Source: a virus
Strand: one strand, 5' to 3'
Length of the DNA stretch: 64,000 nt
IMG/VR virus record: IMGVR_UViG_3300022554_000002
Span: 1-64,000 of that record
The translations under genes and the position numbers were made by a program. The notes beneath the pieces were generated by a model. That model was not told where the DNA came from. It did not search any database and saw only the letters and a program-made list of their open reading frames with translations. Positions within the stretch are counted from its first letter, which is position 1. Each line of letters begins with the position of its first letter. Positions 37,952 through 48,572 of this stretch are shown here, one piece after another.

Positions 37952-38452
37952 TTACAATCTGTATTCAGTAACAATTACTGAGTGCTCTGTAAAACCTAAA
38001 ATTTTCTTAAAGTTATTACTCTGTGCTGTTGACACCAAAAACTCAATTACAGGAGCAGACGGATCAGAGTAAATAAACATGAATACCTCTTCCAGCCGTT
38101 TCTTCTTATTTTCAGGTTTGTTCATTTCAGGAATCTGAGGAATACTACCATCGGCATATTGTAGAGCAACTTTATATCCACGAACTGTATTAACAGTCAT
38201 AAATAAATCACCACGCGCATTAACAACTTCTTTCAACTCTTCAACAGAGGATAACCCAATCTTGATTTGTTCCTTGTCGAATTCTTCAATAGAATCACTA
38301 ATATTACCAACCTCTTCCTCTGGCTTTGGTTTTGTTGGTTCTTCTTCCTCTGGAAGTTCAGGTAATTGCTGTTCTTTCATTGTTTTTGGAGATTCTTTTG
38401 CTACTTGGGCAATTACAGAATTGAGAATCTTATTATCAGATTTTAAAGGCAT
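37952..38452 (-). CDS. hypothetical protein
   Basis: SD GAGG, acidic N-terminus. Confidence 0.65.
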   Translation of the reverse strand: MPLKSDNKILNSVIAQVAKESPKTMKEQQLPELPEEEEPTKPKPEEEVGNISDSIEEFDKEQIKIGLSSVEELKEVVNARGDLFMTVNTVRGYKVALQYADGSIPQIPEMNKPENKKKRLEEVFMFIYSDPSAPVIEFLVSTAQSNNFKKILGFTEHSVIVTEYRL

Positions 38453-38874
38453 GTTCTATGTCCTCTTTGGGCCTTAGCTCGTTTAACCTTTGCACCGGCC
38501 TGTTTTTTACGCACTTCATGTTCTGCTTTACTATGTGATTTTTCAACACCCGTTGTTAACAAACCTTCTGTCTTCTCTCGCTTCTTTTCTTCTTCTTTTG
38601 CCATATCCATAGACTCTTTTATTTCATTTTCACAAGTAAAGCCTTCTTCAAATATTTCCATCTGTTTATCTAATTCGTGTGCAGCTTTAATAGCCTTACT
38701 AGGTGGTGCTTCACCCTTCCAAATGATACCGGGAATCGTAAATACCACTTCCATAATAGTGTTACAACTGGAACATCGTGGTTTCCAATTATTCCCTTTA
38801 ACCTTAGAAGCTTCTATAAAAATGTCTAACCTCTTATTACCACATGAGTTACAAACAAAATCATATTTTGGCAC
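38443..38874 (-). CDS. FmdB-like zinc-ribbon protein
   Basis: GTG start after AGGAG; PKYDFVCNSCG..PRCSSC. Confidence 0.65.
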   Translation of the reverse strand: MPKYDFVCNSCGNKRLDIFIEASKVKGNNWKPRCSSCNTIMEVVFTIPGIIWKGEAPPSKAIKAAHELDKQMEIFEEGFTCENEIKESMDMAKEEEKKREKTEGLLTTGVEKSHSKAEHEVRKKQAGAKVKRAKAQRGHRTCL

Positions 38875-38881
38875 GATTATA

Positions 38882-39586
38882 CTACTCCTTATTAGGTATA
38901 ATCCCAAAATCAATAGATGCTTGTTGTAATAAATTAACAATCTCGTGTGCTTTAACGTTATTTTGTAATTCTAAAGGAATTCCGGGGGCAGTGTTATAGT
39001 CAACAGCTACAAACCCGACAGAAGATGTTGGAACAAAGTCTACAGCAAACATAGGAACATGAATGGCACTATGGTATCCTATCTCTTCCTCACATAAAAC
39101 TTTAGTATTACCATTTCCATAATTTGAACGCCAATCTTCATAAGATTTATAGAATAACCACCATTTTCTATTACCAATTTGTAGGTATCTGTAGCTTTCA
39201 CCAAAAGATTCTGAAAAATATTCGACTGCGAAGTTATCAGGATACTTTTCTTCTGCCTCTCTCAATGTTACAAGTAATTTACCATCACCACAATGTTGAC
39301 ATTCATCTATATAAACTATAATTGAGTCAATATCTTTAATTTTGTCACTTTTTCTAAATTGCCATGTTTCAAAAAAACTATTCCACTTAGCACCAAGAAT
39401 TTCTTGTACTAAATCCTTAGCTTTTCCATATCGTGGAATTGCACAACCTGTGGATTTAAGAAAATCCAAGTCTTCTTTTCTAGTTTTTGTAGTTTTAAAA
39501 TTTCGTTCGTATACTGGACCATCTTTAGTGAAAGCATAATCGTACCAATCATTGAAATCTGATTTTAGTTGCATGATTTCTTCCAA
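38882..39586 (-). CDS. hypothetical protein, possibly ATP-grasp-like
   Basis: FAVDFV..AVDYNTAPG. Confidence 0.5.
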   Translation of the reverse strand: MEEIMQLKSDFNDWYDYAFTKDGPVYERNFKTTKTRKEDLDFLKSTGCAIPRYGKAKDLVQEILGAKWNSFFETWQFRKSDKIKDIDSIIVYIDECQHCGDGKLLVTLREAEEKYPDNFAVEYFSESFGESYRYLQIGNRKWWLFYKSYEDWRSNYGNGNTKVLCEEEIGYHSAIHVPMFAVDFVPTSSVGFVAVDYNTAPGIPLELQNNVKAHEIVNLLQQASIDFGIIPNKE

Positions 39587-40428
39587 GGATCAGGAACCGT
39601 AGTAACTATCTTCTCAACTTCTTCTTTTAAATTGCTATATTTAGTATTTAACTCAGCATTCATTTCAGATAAATCCATTGTACATTCTGGTTGGTATGAA
39701 TCTGGTCCCCAAATACTATGAAATGTATTTCTATTTGCCCACTGGTCAGGATTAGTGTCTCGCATCTCACGAGTACCCATACCTTTATGGTACACACACA
39801 CTAAACTGCAAATAGCCATTATATAGCCCATTTGCTTAAATCTAAACCACTGGTCATGGTCTTCAAAACCACCAATATTGACATATTTATTATTAAAAAT
39901 GTAACCCCACTTGTCGTAGAATTCATAAAGGAATTTGGCATTCATTAAATGTGGGCAGGAATTACCTTCACGTAATATTTCGCCTTTTTGCATAGATACC
40001 ACTGAACCATCAATATTATGTGTGCCGGGACATAACTTTACAACCAAATCACTGCAATCCTTATGAATGTCAATTAATTTGTTAGCCCAATTATACTGAG
40101 GAAACCGCATGTCAGTATGAATCCAGATCATGTTTTCGCTTGCTGGTGCTATATTTGTATCAAAATTGCTACCATCAGGCTGAAAACCCATAGAAATGTA
40201 ATAACCAGCATTAAGTGCGTCTGACAAGTGTGGATAAGTACCAAAAACTGAACCAATTTGTCTGATTTTCTTCAACTCTTCTTCAGAACTACCACCATCA
40301 ACAATAACAAGTTTATGGCTACTGTTTACTGGTAAGCTGGCTAACAATGACTCATACATCTTAAGTGCATTATCACCGTCATTAAAAGTTGTTAGTATAA
40401 AACTAGTCATTATCAACTCCCAAAACAA
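39565..40428 (-). CDS. glycosyltransferase family 2-like
   Basis: IVDGGS, WIHTD, GGFEDHD, VYHKG. Confidence 0.7.
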   Translation of the reverse strand: MFWELIMTSFILTTFNDGDNALKMYESLLASLPVNSSHKLVIVDGGSSEEELKKIRQIGSVFGTYPHLSDALNAGYYISMGFQPDGSNFDTNIAPASENMIWIHTDMRFPQYNWANKLIDIHKDCSDLVVKLCPGTHNIDGSVVSMQKGEILREGNSCPHLMNAKFLYEFYDKWGYIFNNKYVNIGGFEDHDQWFRFKQMGYIMAICSLVCVYHKGMGTREMRDTNPDQWANRNTFHSIWGPDSYQPECTMDLSEMNAELNTKYSNLKEEVEKIVTTVPDPWKKSCN

Positions 40429-40616
40429 TCAAAAGCATCCCCTGAGCCTGTTTTTGCTGCCTTTATGAAAGCTGCATCTACTTCTAATTCCTTAGTTGAC
40501 TTATTTTTATAATAAGGATCAAGAATATTTATTGCTTCAATTCGGCGTTTAAGTTCAGAGATAACTTTGTCTTTTTCTTTACAATCTTTGCATTTTTTCA
40601 TTACACCACCATACAA
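40413..40616 (-). CDS. hypothetical protein
   Basis: ORF. Confidence 0.5.
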   Translation of the reverse strand: MYGGVMKKCKDCKEKDKVISELKRRIEAINILDPYYKNKSTKELEVDAAFIKAAKTGSGDAFDCFGS

Positions 40617-41146
40617 AATTCTGAAACCGTAGCAGCAGCATCTTTATGAGTAATTCGATACACTTTATAAGTCTTCAAATTCAAATCCTTCATCGGATGC
40701 TTATAGTCCTGCAATCGTGCATTTTCAGCTTTAAGAATTGGTGTATAATCAATCGTATTCCAATCCTTCAAAACAAGTCCTAACTGACACTGTTTCATTT
40801 GAAAATTCTTAATCGCTTGAACAACGATTAAACTTGGTAAATTTCCCATATTAATCAAAATACGACTAGCAGAAAATACAGGAATGTCCAACTCTTTTTT
40901 ACGTACCTTTAAAGCCTCAACATTAACTGATAAAATCACCAAATCTCTGCCATTTTCCACTGAAAACCCTGTTGGATACTGAAAAGCAAACCGCTTATAA
41001 ATTGGATTATATGTCCAAAGCTGTAATCGTGCCAAACCACCATCACGTTGCTGCTTTATATAGATATTATAAGCTTCTTCGGCAGTCATTTCCTTTTCAG
41101 TTTTACCATCTAGTAAAACTCTTACCTTTGAATTACTGAGCATCAT
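40601..41146 (-). CDS. hypothetical protein
   Basis: ORF, SD AAGGAG. Confidence 0.6.
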   Translation of the reverse strand: MMLSNSKVRVLLDGKTEKEMTAEEAYNIYIKQQRDGGLARLQLWTYNPIYKRFAFQYPTGFSVENGRDLVILSVNVEALKVRKKELDIPVFSASRILINMGNLPSLIVVQAIKNFQMKQCQLGLVLKDWNTIDYTPILKAENARLQDYKHPMKDLNLKTYKVYRITHKDAAATVSEFCMVV

Positions 41147-41465
41147 CTAACTCCTTTGAAGGTATAACATCAAAATACTTACTAAAATAACCAACAGGTG
41201 CTTCAACAGCTTTTGCAGTTTTTGGTGGTGCTTTTGCTTTACCATACTCAGCAACCATAGTAACGACATCTAGAATCTTGTTATTTTTGTCCAAAAAGGC
41301 AATATCCAATGGAAACGGAACAGTAGCCATATGAAACATACTACCAGAATGAACATTTGGAAAGATATAAATAGTATCCTTTGGAAATTCCTTGTGTCCC
41401 ATTACACCTTTTAGTTGTTTTTCAAATGTGTCACAAATTACAATTTTAGGCATCTTCATCCTCAT
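41133..41465 (-). CDS. DUF192 family protein
   Basis: GVMG..FHMATVPFPLDIAFLD..AVEAPVG. Confidence 0.75.
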   Translation of the reverse strand: MRMKMPKIVICDTFEKQLKGVMGHKEFPKDTIYIFPNVHSGSMFHMATVPFPLDIAFLDKNNKILDVVTMVAEYGKAKAPPKTAKAVEAPVGYFSKYFDVIPSKELDDAQ

Positions 41466-42045
41466 CTTCTGTCATTGGAAGAACCCAACCATTAGCACTG
41501 TCTATCGAAAAACCATTTAAATTACGACCAATCAGGTAGCATTCATATGCAGCCTGAATAACAGCCTCATGTAAATCTCTACCACGAACCACCAACTCAT
41601 TATTTAAAGCATCTGAATACAATTTAACACTAACTTCTGGTGCTTCTGGATTAATAACAATACCACCTTCGTAAGAAAAATTATAAGTACACATAAGAAT
41701 GATTGTTATAAGTTCTTGAAGACTTGGAATTTTAACATATTTATTGGACGATAAAAACTTCATATCGTCAAAAGTAAATTCTTCTTTTTCATTATTCTTT
41801 TTATACAAATTCACAACGTAACTTGGTGCTTCATCTGTTCCTATGTTAACATAATACCAATCACCGTGTGAAAGTGTTTGTGGCATACCTAATTTTTTAA
41901 AATAAGCAGAAAACATCAAAACGCCACTGGAAAAATTCTTTTTGCCTAAAAATAATGACCATGGCAGATCAGACGGAACTTTAGTCTGAAATGGAAATGA
42001 ATCTTCTGGTTTCTTCTCGGTAGGACGTTTTTCTTCGTTAGCCAT
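41446..42045 (-). CDS. hypothetical protein
   Basis: SD AGGAG. Confidence 0.65.
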   Translation of the reverse strand: MANEEKRPTEKKPEDSFPFQTKVPSDLPWSLFLGKKNFSSGVLMFSAYFKKLGMPQTLSHGDWYYVNIGTDEAPSYVVNLYKKNNEKEEFTFDDMKFLSSNKYVKIPSLQELITIILMCTYNFSYEGGIVINPEAPEVSVKLYSDALNNELVVRGRDLHEAVIQAAYECYLIGRNLNGFSIDSANGWVLPMTEDEDEDA

Positions 42046-42078
42046 GCGAATCTCCTAAGAGTATTTTACAGGCAAACA

Positions 42079-42429
42079 TCATTTTGTCAAGTCATTATTT
42101 TTATTTAAATCGTTTGTATGCAATGTGATAACACCAACAAATGGTTTTTTCTGAAAAATACCAATATAATCAACAAATTTATGAAACACATTAGCTAGTC
42201 GATGAATGGCAAACACATAAGCAAAGAAAATTGAAAGTGGCATAAAGAAAATGAAATAAAAAGCAATCCAGACACTAATACAATAGGGACAAAAATCATC
42301 AACGGGTGAGAACACTAATCTCACTGGTTTGAACAATTCTGATTTAGTCAATATCTCAGTTACAGCCTCTACAGCAATTATTAATACAATTAGATCACGA
42401 ATCGATAGTTCGGTAATCACATTCAGCAT
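42079..42429 (-). CDS. DUF1360-like membrane protein
   Basis: Hydrophobic with CPYCISVW. Confidence 0.55.
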   Translation of the reverse strand: MLNVITELSIRDLIVLIIAVEAVTEILTKSELFKPVRLVFSPVDDFCPYCISVWIAFYFIFFMPLSIFFAYVFAIHRLANVFHKFVDYIGIFQKKPFVGVITLHTNDLNKNNDLTK

Positions 42430-42586
42430 TTGAACACCAGAATATTACTAATTCTCCCTTTACTGTCTTTCCCAATGGTGCACTGCAATTCGGACACAAT
42501 CTATCTGTAAGTTGATTCCCTTCCTTTTCCACAACTACTGTAGGTGTTAATATTCTTGGTGGGTTTGGATTACAATTACAACCCAT
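42395..42586 (-). CDS. small zinc-finger protein
   Basis: MGCNC..CPNC..CSNAEC. Confidence 0.55.
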   Translation of the reverse strand: MGCNCNPNPPRILTPTVVVEKEGNQLTDRLCPNCSAPLGKTVKGELVIFWCSNAECDYRTIDS

Positions 42587-43091
42587 AAGGTGAATAAACC
42601 TCTAAATCGTACAATTCACCCTTGAAATGTGCTTTCAAAGGTAAATCAACAAATTTAAAAGTTTCATACCCAATTTTAGTTTGTTTAACAATATTAGTAA
42701 TTTTTGAATGTTCTGCTGCCCACCGATCCTTGCAAAATTCATCCCAAATTGGATGAAATATGATTTTCTTTACTCTTGCATTAATTAAATTGCCCAAACA
42801 ATGAATACAAGGTCTACCCGTGACAAACGCTAGTGAGTTTGCTGTACTATGTCCCAATCTAGCGGCATTTAAAACAGCATTATGCTCTGCGTGAATAACA
42901 GAATCATATTTTTCGTCAGTATGTAACACGCTATCATCTGTACCTTCAGGCATTCCATTATAACCATAGGAAATGGGCCTAAAAGTATCATCTACCAAGA
43001 AACAACCATGTTTAGAAGATGGGTCTTTAGACCAAGATGAAACGTGAAATGCCATACCCATGCAACGTGCATACCATTGATTTAAATTCAT
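42576..43091 (-). CDS. dCMP deaminase
   Basis: SKDPS, GYNG, HAEHNA, PCIHC. Confidence 0.88.
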   Translation of the reverse strand: MNLNQWYARCMGMAFHVSSWSKDPSSKHGCFLVDDTFRPISYGYNGMPEGTDDSVLHTDEKYDSVIHAEHNAVLNAARLGHSTANSLAFVTGRPCIHCLGNLINARVKKIIFHPIWDEFCKDRWAAEHSKITNIVKQTKIGYETFKFVDLPLKAHFKGELYDLEVYSPYGL

Positions 43092-43092
43092 T

Positions 43093-43332
43093 CTATTTCC
43101 TTGTGTGGTAAACTTCAAAAACTTGACTATCTTGAATTGGTGGCATTACTCTAATATAGTAAATTTGTTGCTCTAACAATTTTTTGTATTGGTCTAAAAT
43201 TATTTGTTCTCTAACGTACTCACATAGACTAGGTGTTTTAAATGTGCTATAATCCTTCTCTAACACACCACAATGCTTACAAGCCATTGTAATACTTGTA
43301 AAACCGGTATTTACAAACTCATGTTTACACAT
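43093..43332 (-). CDS. hypothetical protein with CxHE..CxxC module
   Basis: MCKHEFVNTGF..CKHC. Confidence 0.55.
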   Translation of the reverse strand: MCKHEFVNTGFTSITMACKHCGVLEKDYSTFKTPSLCEYVREQIILDQYKKLLEQQIYYIRVMPPIQDSQVFEVYHTRK

Positions 43333-43335
43333 ATA

Positions 43336-43602
43336 CTAACTCCTGCAACATTTTTTAAACTTCTTGCCAGAACCACAAGGACAAGGAGCATTACCACGAA
43401 TCACCTTACCAGCAGACAAACGAGAAATGTAAGCCCTGCCGGGACCAGCAACAGACTTGGTAGACAACACAACTTTTGACTCTAAAGCACCTTCTTGAAA
43501 CAACGGCAGTTCCTTCTTAGGTTCTTCTTTTTTAACTTCGGTTTCCGGCTTATCCATTCTTAATCTCCTTGTGTTCCACATCAATAACAGGTTTACCACC
43601 AA
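43336..43602 (-). CDS. SEC-C motif protein
   Basis: NAPCPCGSGKKFKKCC. Confidence 0.75.
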   Translation of the reverse strand: MVVNLLLMWNTRRLRMDKPETEVKKEEPKKELPLFQEGALESKVVLSTKSVAGPGRAYISRLSAGKVIRGNAPCPCGSGKKFKKCCRS

Positions 43603-44233
43603 CTAGGTCTGGTGACAAAGTATCGGCCACTAGGTTTATTATAAGGCTCTTCACGTCATCTGTCAAGCGATTTTCTGCTTCAATTTTATCACAGAACCGT
43701 TCCATGTTTTGTGCAAGAATATTAATGCTGATTGCCGGTTGGACTTGGCCTTGAATCCTAGCCATAAGTTCAACAGTAGCACGTATTTCTTGCAATAAAT
43801 TGAGGAAAAATCCTGCCCTTGACTCTAGAACAGGTGTTTCAGGATTGCGAAGCTTGTCCAACTCTGATTCCAGAATGGTTACTGACTTTTCTAATTTACT
43901 CATAACCTTTTGATGTGCCTGAACTATAGATAGATTACCTGCTTCGGTATTGGAAGGTGATTTTTCTAGTTCCATCTTGGAAGAACGTAAGAATTGTTCA
44001 ACATTGGAAGCACTAATCATTACATACTGGTTCTGATCACCATTCTTAACACGTTCCATTAACTTAGCATTACATTCTTTAGCAATTTTATAACTACTAA
44101 ATTCTTGGAACTTTAAATCCCAACACAACTCACTCAAATTATATCTTTTTATACGACTTTCATGTAATGATCGTTCAGCTTCCAATATTCCTAATTCTTC
44201 TGCTTGTGCAGATGTCAACAATTCACCAGCCAT
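43550..44233 (-). CDS. hypothetical helical protein
   Basis: 227-aa ORF. Confidence 0.65.
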   Translation of the reverse strand: MAGELLTSAQAEELGILEAERSLHESRIKRYNLSELCWDLKFQEFSSYKIAKECNAKLMERVKNGDQNQYVMISASNVEQFLRSSKMELEKSPSNTEAGNLSIVQAHQKVMSKLEKSVTILESELDKLRNPETPVLESRAGFFLNLLQEIRATVELMARIQGQVQPAISINILAQNMERFCDKIEAENRLTDDVKSLIINLVADTLSPDLVGGKPVIDVEHKEIKNG

Positions 44234-44235
44234 GA

Positions 44236-44901
44236 TTACCCCTTTAACTGATCTTTATTTTCTAACCAAAAAGCCTTGATTTCATTATTAACTTTACTGA
44301 TTTTTGCAGCAGGAAGATCCAACAATCTAGAAACCTCATTAAATTTCAAAGAATAGCCATAAATCAAAAACATTACATCAGCATGTAAATCACTTTGTAG
44401 CTTGGTACGTATGAAATTACACATATTTATGAAGTTCTGAGTCACACCTGTAGGAGTTTGAATGTCTTCCAACTCTACACTATCAGAATGTATCATAGGA
44501 TGCAAATCTACGTGGTGGAGATTCTTTTCCAAATCATTTGACTCAGGTTTTATAGGGTGTAAAAGCCTGTAAACCTCCCAATCCATAGTACGCTTTAAAT
44601 AATTAGAAAAATAAACAGTGGTAAACCCCTCTTTTTTCTTCTTATTTGTAAATTCTGAGTTATACCGAAGAATAATCTTGTAAAAAATACCACGAACTAA
44701 ATTAAACACATCTTTATATGTCAAATTTTGAGAACGGGACTGTTTTACAATATTATAGGTAGTAGACTTTAATAAAGAAGAATAAATACGCTCTAGTTCA
44801 TCAAAATAAAAATCTACTGATTCATTTGTATAGGCAGCATATTGTATATGATCAACTAAAAGTGCAATATATTCAAAATTAGTAATTGATTTTCGTTGCA
44901 T
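44236..44901 (-). CDS. possible sigma70-like / HTH transcription factor
   Basis: Region-2-like (Y.SEF..F..Y..YL) and C-terminal LKFNEVSRLLDLPAAKISK HTH; SD GGAG. Confidence 0.45.
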   Translation of the reverse strand: MQRKSITNFEYIALLVDHIQYAAYTNESVDFYFDELERIYSSLLKSTTYNIVKQSRSQNLTYKDVFNLVRGIFYKIILRYNSEFTNKKKKEGFTTVYFSNYLKRTMDWEVYRLLHPIKPESNDLEKNLHHVDLHPMIHSDSVELEDIQTPTGVTQNFINMCNFIRTKLQSDLHADVMFLIYGYSLKFNEVSRLLDLPAAKISKVNNEIKAFWLENKDQLKG

Positions 44902-45205
44902 CAGACTCCGCAAACTTTTTAACAAATCCCAAGAGTATTCTGGCTGTACTCTTGTAATCCGTGGTAATTGATTGTGAAAATACAGTAAGCTTGTAGGTGT
45001 CATTGTTTGTCCATTTCAATACTACATCCCTTGGACACAAAACATCAAATTTACAATTTAAAAATTCTATTACAAAATTAGCAAAATCCTGCCTTATTAA
45101 AATTTCCTTTGACTGTAATAAGGCATGTATTGGTTCTAGCCTATTTAATCCTGATATAATACAACTGCTTTGGAAATCAATTTCCTCTGCTTTTCGTGTA
45201 CCCAT
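44879..45205 (-). CDS. hypothetical protein
   Basis: Coupled to both neighbours. Confidence 0.55.
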   Translation of the reverse strand: MGTRKAEEIDFQSSCIISGLNRLEPIHALLQSKEILIRQDFANFVIEFLNCKFDVLCPRDVVLKWTNNDTYKLTVFSQSITTDYKSTARILLGFVKKFAESDATKINY

Positions 45206-47389
45206 TTATTCTCGTACCAATGTATTGTAAAACCCCTGTGTTTGTTTTGCAATACTCTTCCAACTGTACCGTTCTACGAATAAATCTCGCAAATTAAGGA
45301 AATTAGCACTGTACTCTGACTCTGCCGCTTTTCTAAGAAATACATTCGCATTAGGCATCCATTCTTGTAAATTGTCTGGGTTTTCCCCTACAAAGTGTAA
45401 TAATCCTTCATAATGAACAACATCCATGAAGAAACTATTCTTTAATGTCATAATAGGTGTTCCAGCCTTTAAACATGTACGTATTGCTGCTGAAACTCCA
45501 TATCCACCGTATTCTGAATATGGTAGGAATATTGCAGTTGTTTCAGACAATTTTTTAACAATTTCATTTTCAGGAAGATAATCCTCAACCCAATTGAAAT
45601 TACTAATATCAAGACGCTTGACTAACTCCTTACATCGTACAAAATAACCGGAATCATTATCAGGTTTAGTAGAAAAAACAAGGAAATCAACATCTGGTCG
45701 GTTCTTTGCATAATATGCTAATTTATCAACACCTTTATGGAAATAACAAAAACCAAAGAATCCAATTGTAGGTTTTTCAAGCTTTTTCTCAGGCTTAATA
45801 CACTCGTCTGGTTTAATACCCATTGGAATAACAGTAATCTTATTATTATCTTTAGAAAAACCACAACAATTAATTAAAACATCTCGCATAATTGGCGAAG
45901 ACACAATAATATTAACATTATTACGAATTAAGACTTCATGATAGTCCCATGCTCTAGGATTTACTGTATGCATTGTTACTACTAACTTCATATTAGCATC
46001 TTTACAATATTTGGCTAAAATTTCCAATCGTTTTGGTGACATAAATTGATATTCTAATTGTACATGTACTATATTAACATCATATTTATCCAAAACTGTG
46101 TTGTAATAAATAGACTCATTACCAGCAAGCAAACTATTAGCCAAATGTGTAGGATTCTCATTAAATCCAGTGTATAATGCAGTACTATAATCTGCAATAC
46201 CACATTTTGTTCCTGCTGATTTGCAAAACATGGCTAAATTAAATTTGCCGTCTAGTGCTGGAACAGAAACAGGTTTTGATCGTTTGTAATTATGATTTTG
46301 AATAGTATCAATTAACTGCTGAGATACCTTATTCAGGTCACACATGCCCTTAAGCTTGGTAGAAAGTGCCAAACCCTTATCATTAGAATTATCATTCAAT
46401 GCTGCACGTAATTGCTTCTTGGCAGAGAACTTAATAGGAGCAAACCAACGTAAACCATCATAATAACGAGCAACAGGACCATCACAAATGGCTGGAATGG
46501 TTTGAGAGTTGATTAAATATGCTGTTTCCGGTGTTGCATATGCTGTATATGCAGAATGATTAGGCACAATTAAAGTTTTGCCCAAAACACCACAAATTGA
46601 TTCTGACATGCCCCATCCTTCACCATATGACATGCTAATATAATGTGTACACCAGTGATACAACGAATACATTGCTGCTTCAGTAAGAAAATCAGTAAGT
46701 ATATAAATAGGTGCACATTTATTATCTTTTAAAAGGTGTTTTACCTTTTCGCGGAAAAAGTCTAACTTCAATCCAGAATTAGAGTTAAGCTTAAGAACAA
46801 GACAAGCATCATCAGTTGGTTTTGTCTCTTCGCACCACAAACGAATAAGATTTTCTAAGTTTTTTCTTGTTACAAATTCAGAGCAATTCAAGAACCGCTT
46901 AGAATAGTTATTAATTACATTTAATCCTTCAGCTAATTTTGTTACAACAGGTGGCTGTAAAATCTTATCAATATTCAATGGACATGGACAAACAGCAAGT
47001 TTATTTTCAGGCACTCCACTTGATGCAAATGATTTTTTATTGAATTCTGTTGGTACTATGACTAAATCCAGTGGTTCAGTACTCTTCGCCCAAAGAGTAC
47101 AAATAGAATCTGCTTCAAACATGGTATAACAGACATTCTTGATAGTTACTTCCAAGCGTGTCTGATCCAACAAGGAAAAATTAAGCAAAAAATCAGGCTG
47201 AACATTGTTCTGCTCGTATTGATTCAAAATATGATCAATTTCGGTCTGTGCTCTGAAATTTGACCACTCTTTAAATTCCATAAGACGAACATTGTTCATA
47301 TTATTCCACCAACCTAGAATAAAATTACGAACGACATTATCATAACCTGTAACACCACGATATGGGCCAAAAGCAGCAAAATTAGCCAT
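45206..47389 (-). CDS. tandem two-domain GT-B (GT4-like) glycosyltransferase
   Basis: Domain 1 RKNLE..YGEGWGM..E; domain 2 CGIADYS..FGF..HKG..LPYSE..SAA. Confidence 0.8.
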   Translation of the reverse strand: MANFAAFGPYRGVTGYDNVVRNFILGWWNNMNNVRLMEFKEWSNFRAQTEIDHILNQYEQNNVQPDFLLNFSLLDQTRLEVTIKNVCYTMFEADSICTLWAKSTEPLDLVIVPTEFNKKSFASSGVPENKLAVCPCPLNIDKILQPPVVTKLAEGLNVINNYSKRFLNCSEFVTRKNLENLIRLWCEETKPTDDACLVLKLNSNSGLKLDFFREKVKHLLKDNKCAPIYILTDFLTEAAMYSLYHWCTHYISMSYGEGWGMSESICGVLGKTLIVPNHSAYTAYATPETAYLINSQTIPAICDGPVARYYDGLRWFAPIKFSAKKQLRAALNDNSNDKGLALSTKLKGMCDLNKVSQQLIDTIQNHNYKRSKPVSVPALDGKFNLAMFCKSAGTKCGIADYSTALYTGFNENPTHLANSLLAGNESIYYNTVLDKYDVNIVHVQLEYQFMSPKRLEILAKYCKDANMKLVVTMHTVNPRAWDYHEVLIRNNVNIIVSSPIMRDVLINCCGFSKDNNKITVIPMGIKPDECIKPEKKLEKPTIGFFGFCYFHKGVDKLAYYAKNRPDVDFLVFSTKPDNDSGYFVRCKELVKRLDISNFNWVEDYLPENEIVKKLSETTAIFLPYSEYGGYGVSAAIRTCLKAGTPIMTLKNSFFMDVVHYEGLLHFVGENPDNLQEWMPNANVFLRKAAESEYSANFLNLRDLFVERYSWKSIAKQTQGFYNTLVRE

Positions 47390-47481
47390 TACTTTTTACT
47401 CCTGAACAATCCTGTGAAAAAGAAAACCACAGCAAAAACCTTATCCATAATCCAACCAACAAAACTTCCAAATGCGTCCAT
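47389..47481 (-). CDS. 30-aa hydrophobic peptide (not in ORF track)
   Basis: SD GGAG, MDAFGSFVGWIMDKVFAVVFFFTGLFRSKK, TAATG coupling to next gene. Confidence 0.5.
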   Translation of the reverse strand: MDAFGSFVGWIMDKVFAVVFFFTGLFRSKK

Positions 47482-47483
47482 TT

Positions 47484-48563
47484 TTAACTCCGCAACATGC
47501 TATCAACCAACTGCTCAAATGTATATTCCTGACTCCATCCCAATTCTGTCTTAATCTTTGTTGGATCACAAAGTAAATAATCGACTTCTGCTGGACGATA
47601 ATACTGCAAATCAACTGCAACAACCGTTTGACCGCGAACAGTAACATGTTCACACGTGCCAGAACCAGCAAACTCAAATGTTTCATTACCCAATACTTTA
47701 GATAATACAATTGTTAAAAAATCTCTCACTGAATATGCATGTCCAGAACCAAACGCATAAGATTTCCACACCCCATCCCAATTTTTATTATATTCATCTT
47801 GATGCATGATACGATAAATGGCATCCACTGAGTCTAAAGCGTGTGACCAATCCCGTTTTGCATCCATATTGCCAAGATACAGACAGGGTAAATTGTTAAA
47901 ACTCCATTTTGATGCATCATCAGCAATAAAACTCTGTGTCCCATTTCCTAATGGAACTTCTAGAGCACTTTTTAGCTCATTAGCCCAATTTGTAATCTTT
48001 TTAGTCACAAAATTGTCACCACGTCTTGGAGACTCAGTATTAAACATAAAACCACATGCTGCTTTAAGTCCATATGCCTGACTATAAATACGAACCATAT
48101 GGTGTGCTGCCAATTTCGCACAACCGTATGGCGATTGTGGCATTAATGGTGTATCTTCATTTTGTGGTGGGGGAGATTTACCGAATAATTCTGATGTACT
48201 AGCTTGATACAGCCTTGTATGTTTGGAATAATGTCTAATTGCCTCTAAAATATTCAATACACCAACAGCGTCAATCTCAAATGTCGTTGTTGGCTGTTCA
48301 AAACTGGAACCAACATGTGATTGTGCAGCTAAATTCACAACACAATCATATTGACCGGCCTGAATTATATGATTCATACAGCTTGGGTCAGTAAGATCAC
48401 CTTCAATTAGCTGAATTTCATTCAAAATATGCTTAATATTCTTATTATTTTCTACAGACTTACGACGATTCAATCCATGAACTTCGTAACCCTTATCTAG
48501 CAAATATTCTGCCATGTAAGAACCAACTTGGCCAGTTATACCTGTAATTAGTGCTTTAGACAT
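47484..48563 (-). CDS. gmd: GDP-mannose 4,6-dehydratase
   Basis: LITGITGQ, NLAAQSHV, QASTSELFG, SPYGCAKL, ESPRRG.NFVT.KI, LGNMDAKRDW. Confidence 0.92.
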   Translation of the reverse strand: MSKALITGITGQVGSYMAEYLLDKGYEVHGLNRRKSVENNKNIKHILNEIQLIEGDLTDPSCMNHIIQAGQYDCVVNLAAQSHVGSSFEQPTTTFEIDAVGVLNILEAIRHYSKHTRLYQASTSELFGKSPPPQNEDTPLMPQSPYGCAKLAAHHMVRIYSQAYGLKAACGFMFNTESPRRGDNFVTKKITNWANELKSALEVPLGNGTQSFIADDASKWSFNNLPCLYLGNMDAKRDWSHALDSVDAIYRIMHQDEYNKNWDGVWKSYAFGSGHAYSVRDFLTIVLSKVLGNETFEFAGSGTCEHVTVRGQTVVAVDLQYYRPAEVDYLLCDPTKIKTELGWSQEYTFEQLVDSMLRS

Positions 48564-48572
48564 TATTTTCTC

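Noticed and set aside
44879-45003. Frameshift between the overlapping 44879-45205 and 44236-45003 ORFs
   Set aside because: An SD-preceded ATG at 44901 explains it as two normally coupled genes.
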